In this document: positions 1 through 9,706 of the stretch, piece by piece | Numbering within the stretch: the stretch's first letter is position 1 | Layout of the letters: each line of letters starts with the position of its first letter | Origin: Candidatus Dojkabacteria bacterium | Lineage (GTDB): Bacteria; Patescibacteriota; Dojkabacteria; B142; JAFGFJ01 | Length of the DNA: 64,000 nt | Assembly: GCA_016931155.1 (NCBI GenBank) | Contig: JAFGFJ010000006.1 | Coordinates: forward strand, 141,115-205,114 | Direction: 5' to 3' | The notes under the pieces: model-generated | The model's input: the letters and a program-made list of their open reading frames with translations, nothing else | Databases searched by the model: none | Told to the model about the DNA's origin: nothing | Position numbers and translations under genes: made by a program

Positions 1-398
1 GTTAACCTAAGAGCACCTTTGTATAAATGCTCAGCATCAACTTTAATATCAAATCTATTACCAAATCCCTGAATTGTTGAACTGATTTTGCTTGGTGTCT
101 TCCATTCTATTGGCTCACTCTCCAAGCCAAAGATAATTCTAACCTTACCATATAAGCCATCTACTTTTATTGGATAACCATGTATCAATGGTTCATCTTT
201 TATTATGGTTTCAGGTAATACTTTAATTTTGAGAGCATCTAAGGCATTTGGGCTATCATTTAGGCTCTCCATAAAAACATCATAGGTATTTTGAGTCCAT
301 ATTCTCCTTCTAAGCAACTCATTTGCAGCTACTAATCCTTCATTCTTATAGATCTCATGAGGAGTTGCATATCTATTTGAGTCAAAAGGCCAATTCAT
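1..398 (-). CDS. hypothetical protein, 5' portion only; runs off the window edge
   Basis: ATG at 398-396 on the minus strand opens a frame that stays open to position 1 (MNWPFDSNRYATPHEIYKNEGLVAANELLRRRIWTQNTYDVFMESLND...). The track omits it because no stop lies inside the window. No family recognised. Confidence 0.4.
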   Translation of the reverse strand, partial: MNWPFDSNRYATPHEIYKNEGLVAANELLRRRIWTQNTYDVFMESLNDSPNALDALKIKVLPETIIKDEPLIHGYPIKVDGLYGKVRIIFGLESEPIEWKTPSKISSTIQGFGNRFDIKVDAEHLYKGALRL

Positions 399-584
399 TA
401 TTCAAAATCGTAATTTACCGGGACATTATCCCAAAATTTTAAAGGGATAGAAATAGTTCTAACTTCGTCCCATAATGGGAGCATTGAAATCCAATGAAAT
501 AACCTTCTGTTTTCATCTTAATAATAACTATACAGTTGTATATAATCGTGCTATAAGATATGCTACAATTAATTATTCATTTGG

Positions 585-1508
585 TTGATTATCAAGAAAA
601 CAATTATGACTGATGCCTCCCCTGAAATATCAGGAAAGAGAAAAAAGAGTGGTTATGAACCGGGTTTATCTTTAGGTACTTGTTTGAGAAAGAGTATTTC
701 AAAGATAATAGTTTCAAAAAATAGAAATGAAAAACAATTACTTGCAAACCAATTAGTCCCATATGGAACAAGGATTTTTCCCCTTAGTATTCATATGTGG
801 GATTTAGGTTTAGATGATGCGAAGCTTGAGACACTAAAAATTCTTGCAGATAATTATGAACCTTATAATTATGGGATTGAAGAGCAGGAAGGTGGACATA
901 TAAACTATTCCCTTAATGTAATAGTAGGTATTGCTCTTGTAAATATTGGAGCAAGAACTGAAGATCTTCAATTAAAAGAACAAATTGTAGAAAAAATTCT
1001 TGATTTCTCTCAAAATGATCCTGGTTTTAGTACAGCTGGTCTAAAAATTATGTTACTTGGTTTGTCAACAATTGCAGATTCGGTTCACAAAGAGAAGAGA
1101 GAAGCTTTTGCTTATGGTATTTTAGATAAACTAATTGAAGCAACTGGAAATGAAGACAATATTTGTACAAAAGATCAGCGAGATGCAGCACATTTTTTTG
1201 TGAGGAATTGCTATACAACCAGGATAAGAGAATTATTTATTCAGCAAATTGCTACAAGGGTTCCAACATTTACTGGCGAGGATAATTATATTAGGTTGCT
1301 GGAAATTGCAGTCAATGATCAAAAAGAAGAGAATACTAATCTGCGTCTGACACATATGGCAATTAATTCATTTATCCAGCTTATAGATAATATACCGGGG
1401 AGTACCCGCAATATAGTTGAATGCCTTACTTATCTGTGTGAATTTCATCCAAATGATAAAGTAAGAAAACATGCACAGAAGGCACTAAGGTTAATATCTG
1501 AGCAATAA
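585..1508 (+). CDS. hypothetical protein, possibly HEAT/PBS-lyase-like repeat protein
   Basis: 307-aa ORF. The C-terminal HPNDKVRKHAQKALRLI resembles a HEAT repeat. The track start is TTG at 585; ATG at 606 (MTDASPEIS) is more likely. A TATAAT at 541-546 lies upstream. Confidence 0.5.
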   Translation: MIIKKTIMTDASPEISGKRKKSGYEPGLSLGTCLRKSISKIIVSKNRNEKQLLANQLVPYGTRIFPLSIHMWDLGLDDAKLETLKILADNYEPYNYGIEEQEGGHINYSLNVIVGIALVNIGARTEDLQLKEQIVEKILDFSQNDPGFSTAGLKIMLLGLSTIADSVHKEKREAFAYGILDKLIEATGNEDNICTKDQRDAAHFFVRNCYTTRIRELFIQQIATRVPTFTGEDNYIRLLEIAVNDQKEENTNLRLTHMAINSFIQLIDNIPGSTRNIVECLTYLCEFHPNDKVRKHAQKALRLISEQ

Positions 1509-1779
1509 TAGATTGAGGTATAAGAAAAAATGCGTTGGAGTCGGACTTAGATAGAAAAGCTATTAAGTTGGGAGAAACATTTTATGAAATTTCAACATAT
1601 AGACATTTTCGAAAAAGCTAATAGAGGCTTGCCAAAGAGGGGAAGTGCCTTTGTTAGTATCCGGGATATTCATTCATTGAGAAAGGTTCTCTCTTTTATT
1701 TGCTTTCTTGAGGGAACTTTATCCCTGTCTTCCCGATGACTTTAACAAAATCCTTAAATTCCAAAATCCCAAAATTCTG

Positions 1780-1859
1780 GAATCAGAATACTCCCGAATC
1801 ACAATTCTTTCGAATCATAGTGCTTTTGAAGAAGAATATTCTAGAATCTCATTTACCAA
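1780..1859. repeat. five degenerate 16-bp tandem units beginning GAATCA/GAAGAA in a 537-bp intergenic region
   Basis: The units are gaatcagaatactccc, gaatcacaattctttc, gaatcatagtgctttt, gaagaagaatattcta and gaatctcatttaccaa. A run of aaattcc/aaaatcc/aaaattc short repeats precedes them. Confidence 0.5.
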
Positions 1860-2045
1860 ACCATCAAAATCAAGTATCATCGGGTACTGTTAAATTAGTA
1901 CAATATAATAAAAAAGTTTCCCGTCAGTAAAAAAATTGCAGATAGATTTCGTTCCCACAAGCCGGAAATTACGATCTTTCTTGTCTTTCTGGCAATCTCA
2001 CTAGTAATTATAAGTCTTCATCTAATTCTTCATCCTGTAAGAGTT

Positions 2046-2588
2046 TTGGGTATGAGTACGAGTATCTTCTACATGGACGAAAAATATACTTTAGCGTCTT
2101 ACTTTACCAGTATTACGGCTTTTATTACGGGGTACACTGCTTTATCGGCTATGATTCTGCAAAAGCAGAAAAAGATTAAAATACAAAACATTGTATTTGG
2201 ATTGTTCTTTCTAATTCTTTCTCTAGACGAATATTTTGAAATTCATGAGTATGCAAATAGTTTAGCTAAATCCGCCTTGAAGGGCACAGGTATGTTTTCC
2301 TCGCTTGCCAATTTGTCGTGGTTGTTTCCTCTTTCAATAATAATACTTGCGGTTTTTGCATTTCTTATAACAAAAATAGTGAAAGCCGGAGGATTGGCAA
2401 GAAAAGCAATGATTGCGGGAAGTGTTTGTTTCTTTGTTGTTCTGGTATTTGAATTGTTTGGATCGTTAACATATGGACAAAATATTTATCTTTATTTTGT
2501 TGCAGTTGAGGAAGGACTGGAGATGATTGGAGTCTCCTTCTTTCTACTTGGAATCCTCGTAGATGTAAAAGATAATAAACAGCAGTAA
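2046..2588 (+). CDS. hypothetical integral membrane protein
   Basis: 180 aa with several hydrophobic helices (FGLFFLILSL, LFPLSIIILAVFAFLIT, SVCFFVVLVFELFG). No motif recognised. Confidence 0.5.
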   Translation: MGMSTSIFYMDEKYTLASYFTSITAFITGYTALSAMILQKQKKIKIQNIVFGLFFLILSLDEYFEIHEYANSLAKSALKGTGMFSSLANLSWLFPLSIIILAVFAFLITKIVKAGGLARKAMIAGSVCFFVVLVFELFGSLTYGQNIYLYFVAVEEGLEMIGVSFFLLGILVDVKDNKQQ

Positions 2589-2622
2589 ACTTCAGTGCAG
2601 TTGCAAATTTTTCCGGTTTGTT

Positions 2623-3288
2623 TTATTGGAACTTAGTCGAGGTAATTTCTTTGATCGCAGAAAAAGCTCTTTCTATATCTTTATCTGAAAAAATAATTGT
2701 GATCTCATTTGACGTAGAAACAATATCAACAACATTTATATTTTCCCAGGCAAGAGCTCTAAGGATTACATAATAGATACCTGTAACCTTAACATTTCTG
2801 GGAGGCAGTTTGAGTGTAATTGATGAAAGTGAGTGGAAATTATTAAGAAGCCTTTCATCAATAAATACTTTTTCTATTTTTTCCCTCAATTCAATACTGG
2901 CAATTATTGTTGTTTCAAAAACACCTTGAGAAATTGTTAGAAATCTATTGTGTGTTGAATTCACAATTTCAAGTAGTTTAGAGAGTTTTGAGAAAAGGTT
3001 GTTTGAGTTTGAAAACGTATACTCTAGGAGTTTGGATCTTACTGAAATGTCAGATATCTGTTTCAATGTTTCAATTATTTTATTCTTGTCAGCACCTTTC
3101 TCCAGATGCAATCTTTTCAAGGCCATAACAATTGCCCCCTCCTTTACGTTTTTCATGGTAATTTTTTCAACTCTTACCTTTATTATTCTTGCAAGGGAAG
3201 ACAGATTCAAAATTCCATCAGCCAAATTCCCCTCAAGGAAAGGCGACCCTTTAATAATTTTTTCAACAGCTTTTGAGACCGAAATCAT
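2623..3288 (-). CDS. hypothetical protein, possibly ACT-domain regulatory protein
   Basis: 221 aa. The C-terminal VTGIYYVILRALAWENINVVDIVSTSNEITIIF resembles an ACT fold (beta-alpha-beta-beta-alpha-beta). Weak call. Confidence 0.4.
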   Translation of the reverse strand: MISVSKAVEKIIKGSPFLEGNLADGILNLSSLARIIKVRVEKITMKNVKEGAIVMALKRLHLEKGADKNKIIETLKQISDISVRSKLLEYTFSNSNNLFSKLSKLLEIVNSTHNRFLTISQGVFETTIIASIELREKIEKVFIDERLLNNFHSLSSITLKLPPRNVKVTGIYYVILRALAWENINVVDIVSTSNEITIIFSDKDIERAFSAIKEITSTKFQ

Positions 3289-3454
3289 GTTAGGAATTTA
3301 ACAAAAAGTACAGTTTTTGTCAAATTACGTTAAAATTTTGACTTAATCCAGGCAACAAAATAGAATTCTCCTTTACTATTTGCAGATATACAAGATTCAA
3401 CCAGCTGCATAAATAGAAATAAAAACAGAAATATTAACAGAAGCACAAAATTCT

Positions 3455-5125
3455 ATGATGACGATGAAAGTTGAAATGGCAAATCAAGTGGAATTGGAGA
3501 CTGGGTTGCACACAGAGTGTGCAGAGAGTAATAGAAGCTTTAATCAACGCATGGAAAGTGTTGCTCAGTATTTATTACCGCTGATCAGACTCAGTCATGG
3601 TGGGGATCTTTCTGCGTTTTACGACTCGTTTCAAGATTACCTAAATGCATATGAAACGATAAGCCATGAAAATATAGATTATTCACAAGTAATTATACAA
3701 ATTAATGAGAGAGAGCAGTTGCAGTCTCCATTTTCGGTTATCAATCCTCTTCCTGAAAATATCAGCCGACTCGCATGTTTGCTGTCCCCTGGATCGATGA
3801 TTGAGTTGAATGCACCGGGACAGATAGAACCAAACGGGAACAGACAAACACTGGTAGATAATATTGAGCAAATACTGAAAGAGGCTCCAGGAGTGCTAGT
3901 GGGATTACATGCAGGAGCAACAAGGCATCTCACAGGTGAGATAAAAGATATACTTACAAATTTCAATGAAGAGCAACAAAAACGGATAATAATAAAGATG
4001 TATGGGCGGATGGGGAAATATGATCCGGCAGAACTTATTGAAACAATTGATTCGTTTGATGTGGTGAACAGTGATAATCTTCGTGTTGGTCTGGAGCATA
4101 TTTTTAGTTGTGTTTATCAGGGATTTGATCAAGGAGGTTCGGAGTCTGAAGCATCAGAAATAATGCAGGCATATTTTGAAATACTCGATATTTTGAAGAA
4201 TAAAGGGATAACCAGGATCAGTATGCCTGAGACTCGTGGTATTGCAGAAGATCCGGCAAAGGTTTTTGCTGTCACATCTTTTCTACTGGAAAGTGCTGCA
4301 CAAGTTTTGGGTGATTCTTTTTATGTTGAGTTCCATTTTCATAATGACAGTCTTTCTGCGCTATCAAATATGGAATCAGCAATAAAAGCAGTAAACTATT
4401 TAAATCGAATACAAGGATCCAACATTATCGCAATTGCTGATCTGGGCATAGGCGGAGAAAGAAACGGAATTACACCTCTTGAGGCAGCATTAAGACTGTT
4501 TGGAATTAATGAGGAAAGGATTGATGCTTTGGTTGATGCAGATAAGAGATTACTTGGGATAGATTTTGATGTAAATATAAGTAATACAGATAATTTAAGC
4601 GATCCGGAATTACTTCTAACTCAAACGGCCGGGACACACGCTGATTATATTTATAATACAATGAAAAATCTTCTTGTTCATATTGTTCCCGATGTCTGGA
4701 TGGAGGATATCGCAGATGTTGCCGATTTACAGCGGGTATTTGAAGGAAACCGTGAGCAATTTTTAGAATTTGGCATTTTTAATTTTACTGAGTATGTGAC
4801 TGTTGCCAGTTATGATTCTTACGCCGCCTCGAGAAAAAGGATTACTCATGAATCACCGGATGTAAAAATAGAACCATCTTATTTTATTGACAAACAAACG
4901 ATAGGAAAAAGAAGTGTAATGTTACATCTGGTTATGAATGGTTTTAGTCTCATTGATACGAGCCCTGAAAATATTTCAGCGATGACATCTCATATATCTC
5001 ATGAGTGTAAAATTGATCTGACTGGAAAATTCAATGGAATTTGTGAATTGGCACAGACTGCTGTTGTGAGGATAAAAGAGAAGTATAGCAATTTCAAATA
5101 CCATAAAAATCCATATGAAATTTAG
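3455..5125 (+). CDS. divergent DRE-TIM metallolyase (HMGL-like / 2-isopropylmalate-homocitrate-citramalate synthase-like) family protein
   Basis: The middle region carries SMPETRGIAEDPAKVF (DTxG-like), EFHFHNDSLSALSNMESAIKA (HxH metal ligands) and GIGGERNGITPLEAALRL (GIGERAGN-like). The N-terminal ~200 aa lack the usual RDGxQ motif. Confidence 0.6.
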   Translation: MMTMKVEMANQVELETGLHTECAESNRSFNQRMESVAQYLLPLIRLSHGGDLSAFYDSFQDYLNAYETISHENIDYSQVIIQINEREQLQSPFSVINPLPENISRLACLLSPGSMIELNAPGQIEPNGNRQTLVDNIEQILKEAPGVLVGLHAGATRHLTGEIKDILTNFNEEQQKRIIIKMYGRMGKYDPAELIETIDSFDVVNSDNLRVGLEHIFSCVYQGFDQGGSESEASEIMQAYFEILDILKNKGITRISMPETRGIAEDPAKVFAVTSFLLESAAQVLGDSFYVEFHFHNDSLSALSNMESAIKAVNYLNRIQGSNIIAIADLGIGGERNGITPLEAALRLFGINEERIDALVDADKRLLGIDFDVNISNTDNLSDPELLLTQTAGTHADYIYNTMKNLLVHIVPDVWMEDIADVADLQRVFEGNREQFLEFGIFNFTEYVTVASYDSYAASRKRITHESPDVKIEPSYFIDKQTIGKRSVMLHLVMNGFSLIDTSPENISAMTSHISHECKIDLTGKFNGICELAQTAVVRIKEKYSNFKYHKNPYEI

Positions 5126-5240
5126 CAAATGATGTAGCATAAACTGGTGCATTTTAGTGATAATCATATAATTGCTTGACATCCGGATAAATTTGTTATA
5201 TAGGTCTTATATGCCCCAGTTTACTTCTTAACGAAATAGT

Positions 5241-5816
5241 ATGAGTAAGTCTCCGGATTTTGGCCCGACTTCTGAAATGAATGGGCGTATATCAGACGCA
5301 GATTTTATAAAATATGCAGTGAGTGTAGTAAAGGAGTGGGAAAAAGATAAAGATAATCTTACTGTTTTTCGCTTTCCTCCCATGGGCAGGCACCACATTG
5401 CCATGGTTATTACACCTACTCATCTTAATTTACAAAAACATGCAACAGAAGTTTTCCACGGTGACTACGAAGAGTATCTTTCTGCAGGAAGTCCTTCCGA
5501 TCATTTATTTCATCGGATAGTAGTTGTTCCGGATTATATACAAGAAGGTTCAATGGCGGATGGATTGACCGCCCTGAAGAATATCTCGACAGGGGAGGGT
5601 CTTCAAAAAGGCAATATAGGAGGTACGGCTATTGTAGCAAATAACAGGTTAATGGAAATAATAGCGCATGGTCTTGGCAGTATTAATGAATTGTTTTGTA
5701 GAAAACAATCGCAACGAACATACTATATCGAACTTGGAATACTTTCAGATGAGAGAATTCTGAGCACTTCATTGGAAGCTTATAAAAAGATAATGTTGCC
5801 ATACTCACAGGAATAA
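5241..5816 (+). CDS. hypothetical protein
   Basis: 191-aa ORF with no recognisable motif. It lies in the same-strand block with 3455 and 5911. Confidence 0.45.
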   Translation: MSKSPDFGPTSEMNGRISDADFIKYAVSVVKEWEKDKDNLTVFRFPPMGRHHIAMVITPTHLNLQKHATEVFHGDYEEYLSAGSPSDHLFHRIVVVPDYIQEGSMADGLTALKNISTGEGLQKGNIGGTAIVANNRLMEIIAHGLGSINELFCRKQSQRTYYIELGILSDERILSTSLEAYKKIMLPYSQE

Positions 5817-5910
5817 CCGGTAAAGATACAAGCATCAAAATTGGTCACAGTAGTTTGTTGTTTCAGGAAAAATGATTTAATTGTGACTTTTAGTTTTTAG
5901 CGAACGTATA

Positions 5911-7101
5911 ATGACTCAAGACAGGGTGGGGGGAGAAGTGTATGAGCAGCCAGGTCGTCGACAGACCGAAAACTTTGATCAGCTTGCTCAATTATTTGGA
6001 GTAAATGCGTCTGAATTGGGAAAGAAAACATTAAGAGTTATTGCGCCAAGGCTGGATGTAAAATCCTTACCAATATTGCCTACTCCAATTACTGGAATTT
6101 CTCTTGATGGAATGACTCTAGAGGAAAGAGCACTTGCTGATGAAATGTTCGCTAAATTTGAGAAAGGTCCATTTGATATACTTATGGATCCGACGGAATA
6201 CATACTTTCGACAGCAGCAAATCACGATAATGTAGTGGAAGAGCAGCGAGCCCGCGAGTTGATATTAAAACACAAAGTGGAAAGTCCAGGAGAGGGAGGC
6301 ATAGTGATTAGTTTTGCAGGTGGTTCATCTACATTTGATGCAGGACGTTCCTGGTTTTTTCCGCATGATTGTTATGTTTCACTGGATCGTAGTATGGCTT
6401 CATTGCAGGCTGGAAAAGAGAATGTTTTCCCTTTATTTTGGGGTGAAAGCGAAAGGCATGCAATTCAGTTTTCACTTGAGCAGCTTGTTGAATCTGGTAT
6501 AAAAGGACTGCCCGATGTGAGGGGGATTCCTGATGAGGACAGAACACAGAGAGAAAAGCTAGTGGAGAGGATAAGGGGTGAAGGAGTGCATCGTATATAC
6601 TTTGACCGTGCAGATATGTTTGTTCCTAACAGTATATATGACGGTCTAATCAGGGAGGCAGCTTCAATGCTTCGACCGGATGGGGCAATATTTATGATTA
6701 CACAAGCTTCAAATGATATTGAGCAATTCGGTTTTAAATTCAGGTCGCATGAGGGGATAGATAGAGAATATGCAATAGCAGTTGGGTTACCATTACCAGT
6801 CTTCAAAAATTTTGGTACAAAACAATTACTTGACCAAATAGTCTATCTGGATGGTAATCATACAGTGGATCACTATGAAATAGTCCCTGTAATTTCATAT
6901 CTCAGGTCTAGCGAAACAATTCGCAGGACAGCTCAAAAATATGGTCTTGAGGCAGAGATACATCCTGTTAGAGTCAACAAACAGTATATTTCTTCAGTAA
7001 CAAAGGATCGTAGCTTGTACGCAATGGGTCTCAAAGCAATGTCTATTTTATCAGGTAACCTGCCCTACTGGATTGTCGTAATGAAACCACAAAATCGATA
7101 A
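5911..7101 (+). CDS. hypothetical protein, weakly class-I methyltransferase-like
   Basis: 396 aa. GIVISFAGGSS ... IYFDRADMF ... LRPDGAIFMIT loosely resemble SAM MTase motifs I, II and III. Low-confidence family call. Confidence 0.45.
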   Translation: MTQDRVGGEVYEQPGRRQTENFDQLAQLFGVNASELGKKTLRVIAPRLDVKSLPILPTPITGISLDGMTLEERALADEMFAKFEKGPFDILMDPTEYILSTAANHDNVVEEQRARELILKHKVESPGEGGIVISFAGGSSTFDAGRSWFFPHDCYVSLDRSMASLQAGKENVFPLFWGESERHAIQFSLEQLVESGIKGLPDVRGIPDEDRTQREKLVERIRGEGVHRIYFDRADMFVPNSIYDGLIREAASMLRPDGAIFMITQASNDIEQFGFKFRSHEGIDREYAIAVGLPLPVFKNFGTKQLLDQIVYLDGNHTVDHYEIVPVISYLRSSETIRRTAQKYGLEAEIHPVRVNKQYISSVTKDRSLYAMGLKAMSILSGNLPYWIVVMKPQNR

Positions 7102-7238
7102 ATCTGGTGTTATTGCTTCGATTCTATTAATCAATCAGAGACAAGTTTTGTCTTCATTAGTATAAACCGATCTTCAACCTAAGGGCGAAGCCCGTATATC
7201 TCAGTTGAAGAAATCATCGGAATAATACACAATGTTTT

Positions 7239-9698
7239 ATGTCCGACTATTCTTTTATCACAAAAGAGCTTATTGGTTCGCAGAAAAAATGTCTTCGTTT
7301 GGCTAACTACCTGTCAGCAACACAGCTTTATCTCAAAGAAAACTTCCTTCTTGAGGTCGAGCTTGAAAAAGCTCATATCAAAAAAAGAATTCTTGGTCAT
7401 TGGGGTACTGTCCCCGGCTTGAACTTTATCTACTCCAATCTAAATATTTTAATCAAGAGACATAATCAGGAAATGATGGTTGTAATAGGATCAGGGCATG
7501 GATCCCCCGCTATTCTTTCCAATATGTTTCTTGATGGTACGCTTGGAGAATTTTATCCTGAATACAAAGTCGGGAAGCAGGGAATAGGAAATTTAATTAG
7601 AAATTTCAGCTGGCCCGGAGGGTTTCCTTCTCATGCAAGTCCCAAAAGTCCTGGAATAATTTTGGAGGGTGGGGAACTTGGCTACTCTCTTGCAACAGCA
7701 TATGGAGCCGCTTTTGATAATAAGGAGCTTATTGTTGCCTGTATAATTGGGGACGGTGAGAGCGAGACAGGTACACTTTCTGCTTCATGGTACAGCAACA
7801 AATTTTTGAATCCTCAAAAAGACGGGGCAGTGCTTCCTGTTCTTCATATAAATAAACACAAAATTTCCGGCCCAACAATTTATGGGACGATGTCAGATAA
7901 AGAATTGATGAATTTATTCAAAGGTTACGGGTACGAACCGATTATCGTTCAGGAAGAAAACATTTATGAGGATTCACTGAAGGTCTTTGAATACGCATTC
8001 CAAAAAATTAAGCAAATCCAGAAAGAATTCCGGGGAGACAATCTTGATCAAGATGAAACTGCTGGGGGTGAGAGCTCAGAGAAAAACTTAAAAGAAAATA
8101 TTGAAGCTTTCAAACAAAAACCTGTGTGGCCTGTTATTCTTCTGAAAAGCAAAAAAGGATGGACAGGTCCGAAGGAATTGGACGGCACAATGGTAGAGGA
8201 TTCCTTTAGATCACACGGAATTCCTCTGGAAGATCCTGTAGAAGATGAAGAGCAGTTTAAACTTCTTGAAGAATGGCTTGGGAGTTATAAAGTTCACGAA
8301 TTGCTGACTGAAGATTTTAGACCAATTGAAGAAATAAAAGGGTTGCTCCCGGAAGGAGAGCTCAGGCCTGGCATGAATAAACATGCAAACAATCTTGTAT
8401 CCCAGCCGTTAAAGCTCCCGGAAATAGGAGATTATGAGCTGGAAATTTCCGGCAGTAAAAAAGCGAGCAGTATGACTGAACTTTCAAAATATCTCCGTGA
8501 TGTAATTAAAAATAACCCAAATATTTTTAGAATAATGTCTCCTGATGAGAGCGAATCGAACAAGCTTCAGTCGCTTTTTGACGTTACTGGCAGAACCTAT
8601 GTCTGGCCTGTCCCGGGTGCATCGGAGAATATTTCCCGGGATGGTAGAATGATGGAGCTTCTCAGCGAAAATGTTCTTCAAGCCTGGCTTCAGGGATATA
8701 TACTTACCGGGAGACATGGCGTCTATATCTCATACGAAGCCTTCATGATGATAATTGCGAGTATGGTAGATCAATACTCAAAGTTTTTGAAACAGGCAAA
8801 AAGTGTGGGATGGAGAAAACCCCTTCCTTCAATGAACTTTATTATTACGAGTACAGGCTGGAGACAAGATCACAACGGCTATTCCCATCAAAATCCCGGG
8901 TTTATCAGTAGTGTACTCAACGACTATTCAGAAAGTATTGATGTTCATTTTCCACCTGATGCCAATTCTCTACTTCTGACTTGTGAAGAAGCTCTAAAAA
9001 GTCGAGATAAGATAAACATAATAATTACTGGCAAAAGAGAACTACCCCAATACATAACAATGGAAAATTTTAAAGAACAAATGAGAAGTGGAATTTCTAT
9101 ATGGGAAGGCGTTGGAAATGTGAAGAGCGTGGGAACAGAAGAAATACTGGAAAATCAAAAAGAAGATGATATACCTGACATAGTTTTTGCGGCAACGGGA
9201 GACTACTCAACACTAGAGTCGATCTCGGCAATAAAAATCCTGAAAAGACTTGTTCCCGAAATGAGAACAAGATTTGTAAGCATAAGTGAGCTTTCGTGTT
9301 TTGGAATTGGTGACAGAAGAGGTTTGAATTTTAATGGTGATAATTTGAAAAGAATTTTAACTGATTCAAAACCCGTGATTTATTCTTATCACGGTTATCC
9401 TCAGGATATAAAAAGCCTGATTTTTGGTCACTCCTTTGCTGGCAGGATTTCGATTCACGGATATAGTGAGAAGGGAACCACAACAACTCCTTTTGATATG
9501 CAGGTACAGAATGATTGCGACAGGTTTCATTTGGCTCTTGAAGCTGTAATGAAGGTTTCAGAAACAAATGAGAAAGTAAGAGAAAAAAGAAAGCAAGTTG
9601 AATACTATATAAATTCTTTACTTGAGAAGCATGCGAAAGTAATAATTGAAACAGGAGAAGACATAGAAGAAATCAGAAATTTTGAAAAATATTTTTAA
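7239..9698 (+). CDS. xfp: xylulose-5-phosphate/fructose-6-phosphate phosphoketolase
   Basis: 819 aa. Carries the phosphoketolase signature GHWGTVPG, the TPP-binding region GDGESETG, and a typical length. Confidence 0.9.
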   Translation: MSDYSFITKELIGSQKKCLRLANYLSATQLYLKENFLLEVELEKAHIKKRILGHWGTVPGLNFIYSNLNILIKRHNQEMMVVIGSGHGSPAILSNMFLDGTLGEFYPEYKVGKQGIGNLIRNFSWPGGFPSHASPKSPGIILEGGELGYSLATAYGAAFDNKELIVACIIGDGESETGTLSASWYSNKFLNPQKDGAVLPVLHINKHKISGPTIYGTMSDKELMNLFKGYGYEPIIVQEENIYEDSLKVFEYAFQKIKQIQKEFRGDNLDQDETAGGESSEKNLKENIEAFKQKPVWPVILLKSKKGWTGPKELDGTMVEDSFRSHGIPLEDPVEDEEQFKLLEEWLGSYKVHELLTEDFRPIEEIKGLLPEGELRPGMNKHANNLVSQPLKLPEIGDYELEISGSKKASSMTELSKYLRDVIKNNPNIFRIMSPDESESNKLQSLFDVTGRTYVWPVPGASENISRDGRMMELLSENVLQAWLQGYILTGRHGVYISYEAFMMIIASMVDQYSKFLKQAKSVGWRKPLPSMNFIITSTGWRQDHNGYSHQNPGFISSVLNDYSESIDVHFPPDANSLLLTCEEALKSRDKINIIITGKRELPQYITMENFKEQMRSGISIWEGVGNVKSVGTEEILENQKEDDIPDIVFAATGDYSTLESISAIKILKRLVPEMRTRFVSISELSCFGIGDRRGLNFNGDNLKRILTDSKPVIYSYHGYPQDIKSLIFGHSFAGRISIHGYSEKGTTTTPFDMQVQNDCDRFHLALEAVMKVSETNEKVREKRKQVEYYINSLLEKHAKVIIETGEDIEEIRNFEKYF

Positions 9699-9706
9699 GA
9701 AAATTT

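Noticed and set aside
1708-1930. Overlapping 61- and 64-aa ORFs in the 1509-2045 intergenic region
   Set aside because: Two frames are open over the same repeat-rich DNA. The amino-acid sequence reflects the 16-bp DNA periodicity rather than protein features.
3679-4132. Antisense small ORFs inside the DRE-TIM gene, and the many similar overlapping ORFs in the track (for example 6329-6806, 25074-25488, 31740-34576 antisense to ileS, 46868-47272, 50351-50773)
   Set aside because: They lie wholly within strongly supported genes on the opposite strand or in an alternative frame, and have low-complexity composition (S/L/F-rich). Typical spurious ORFs.
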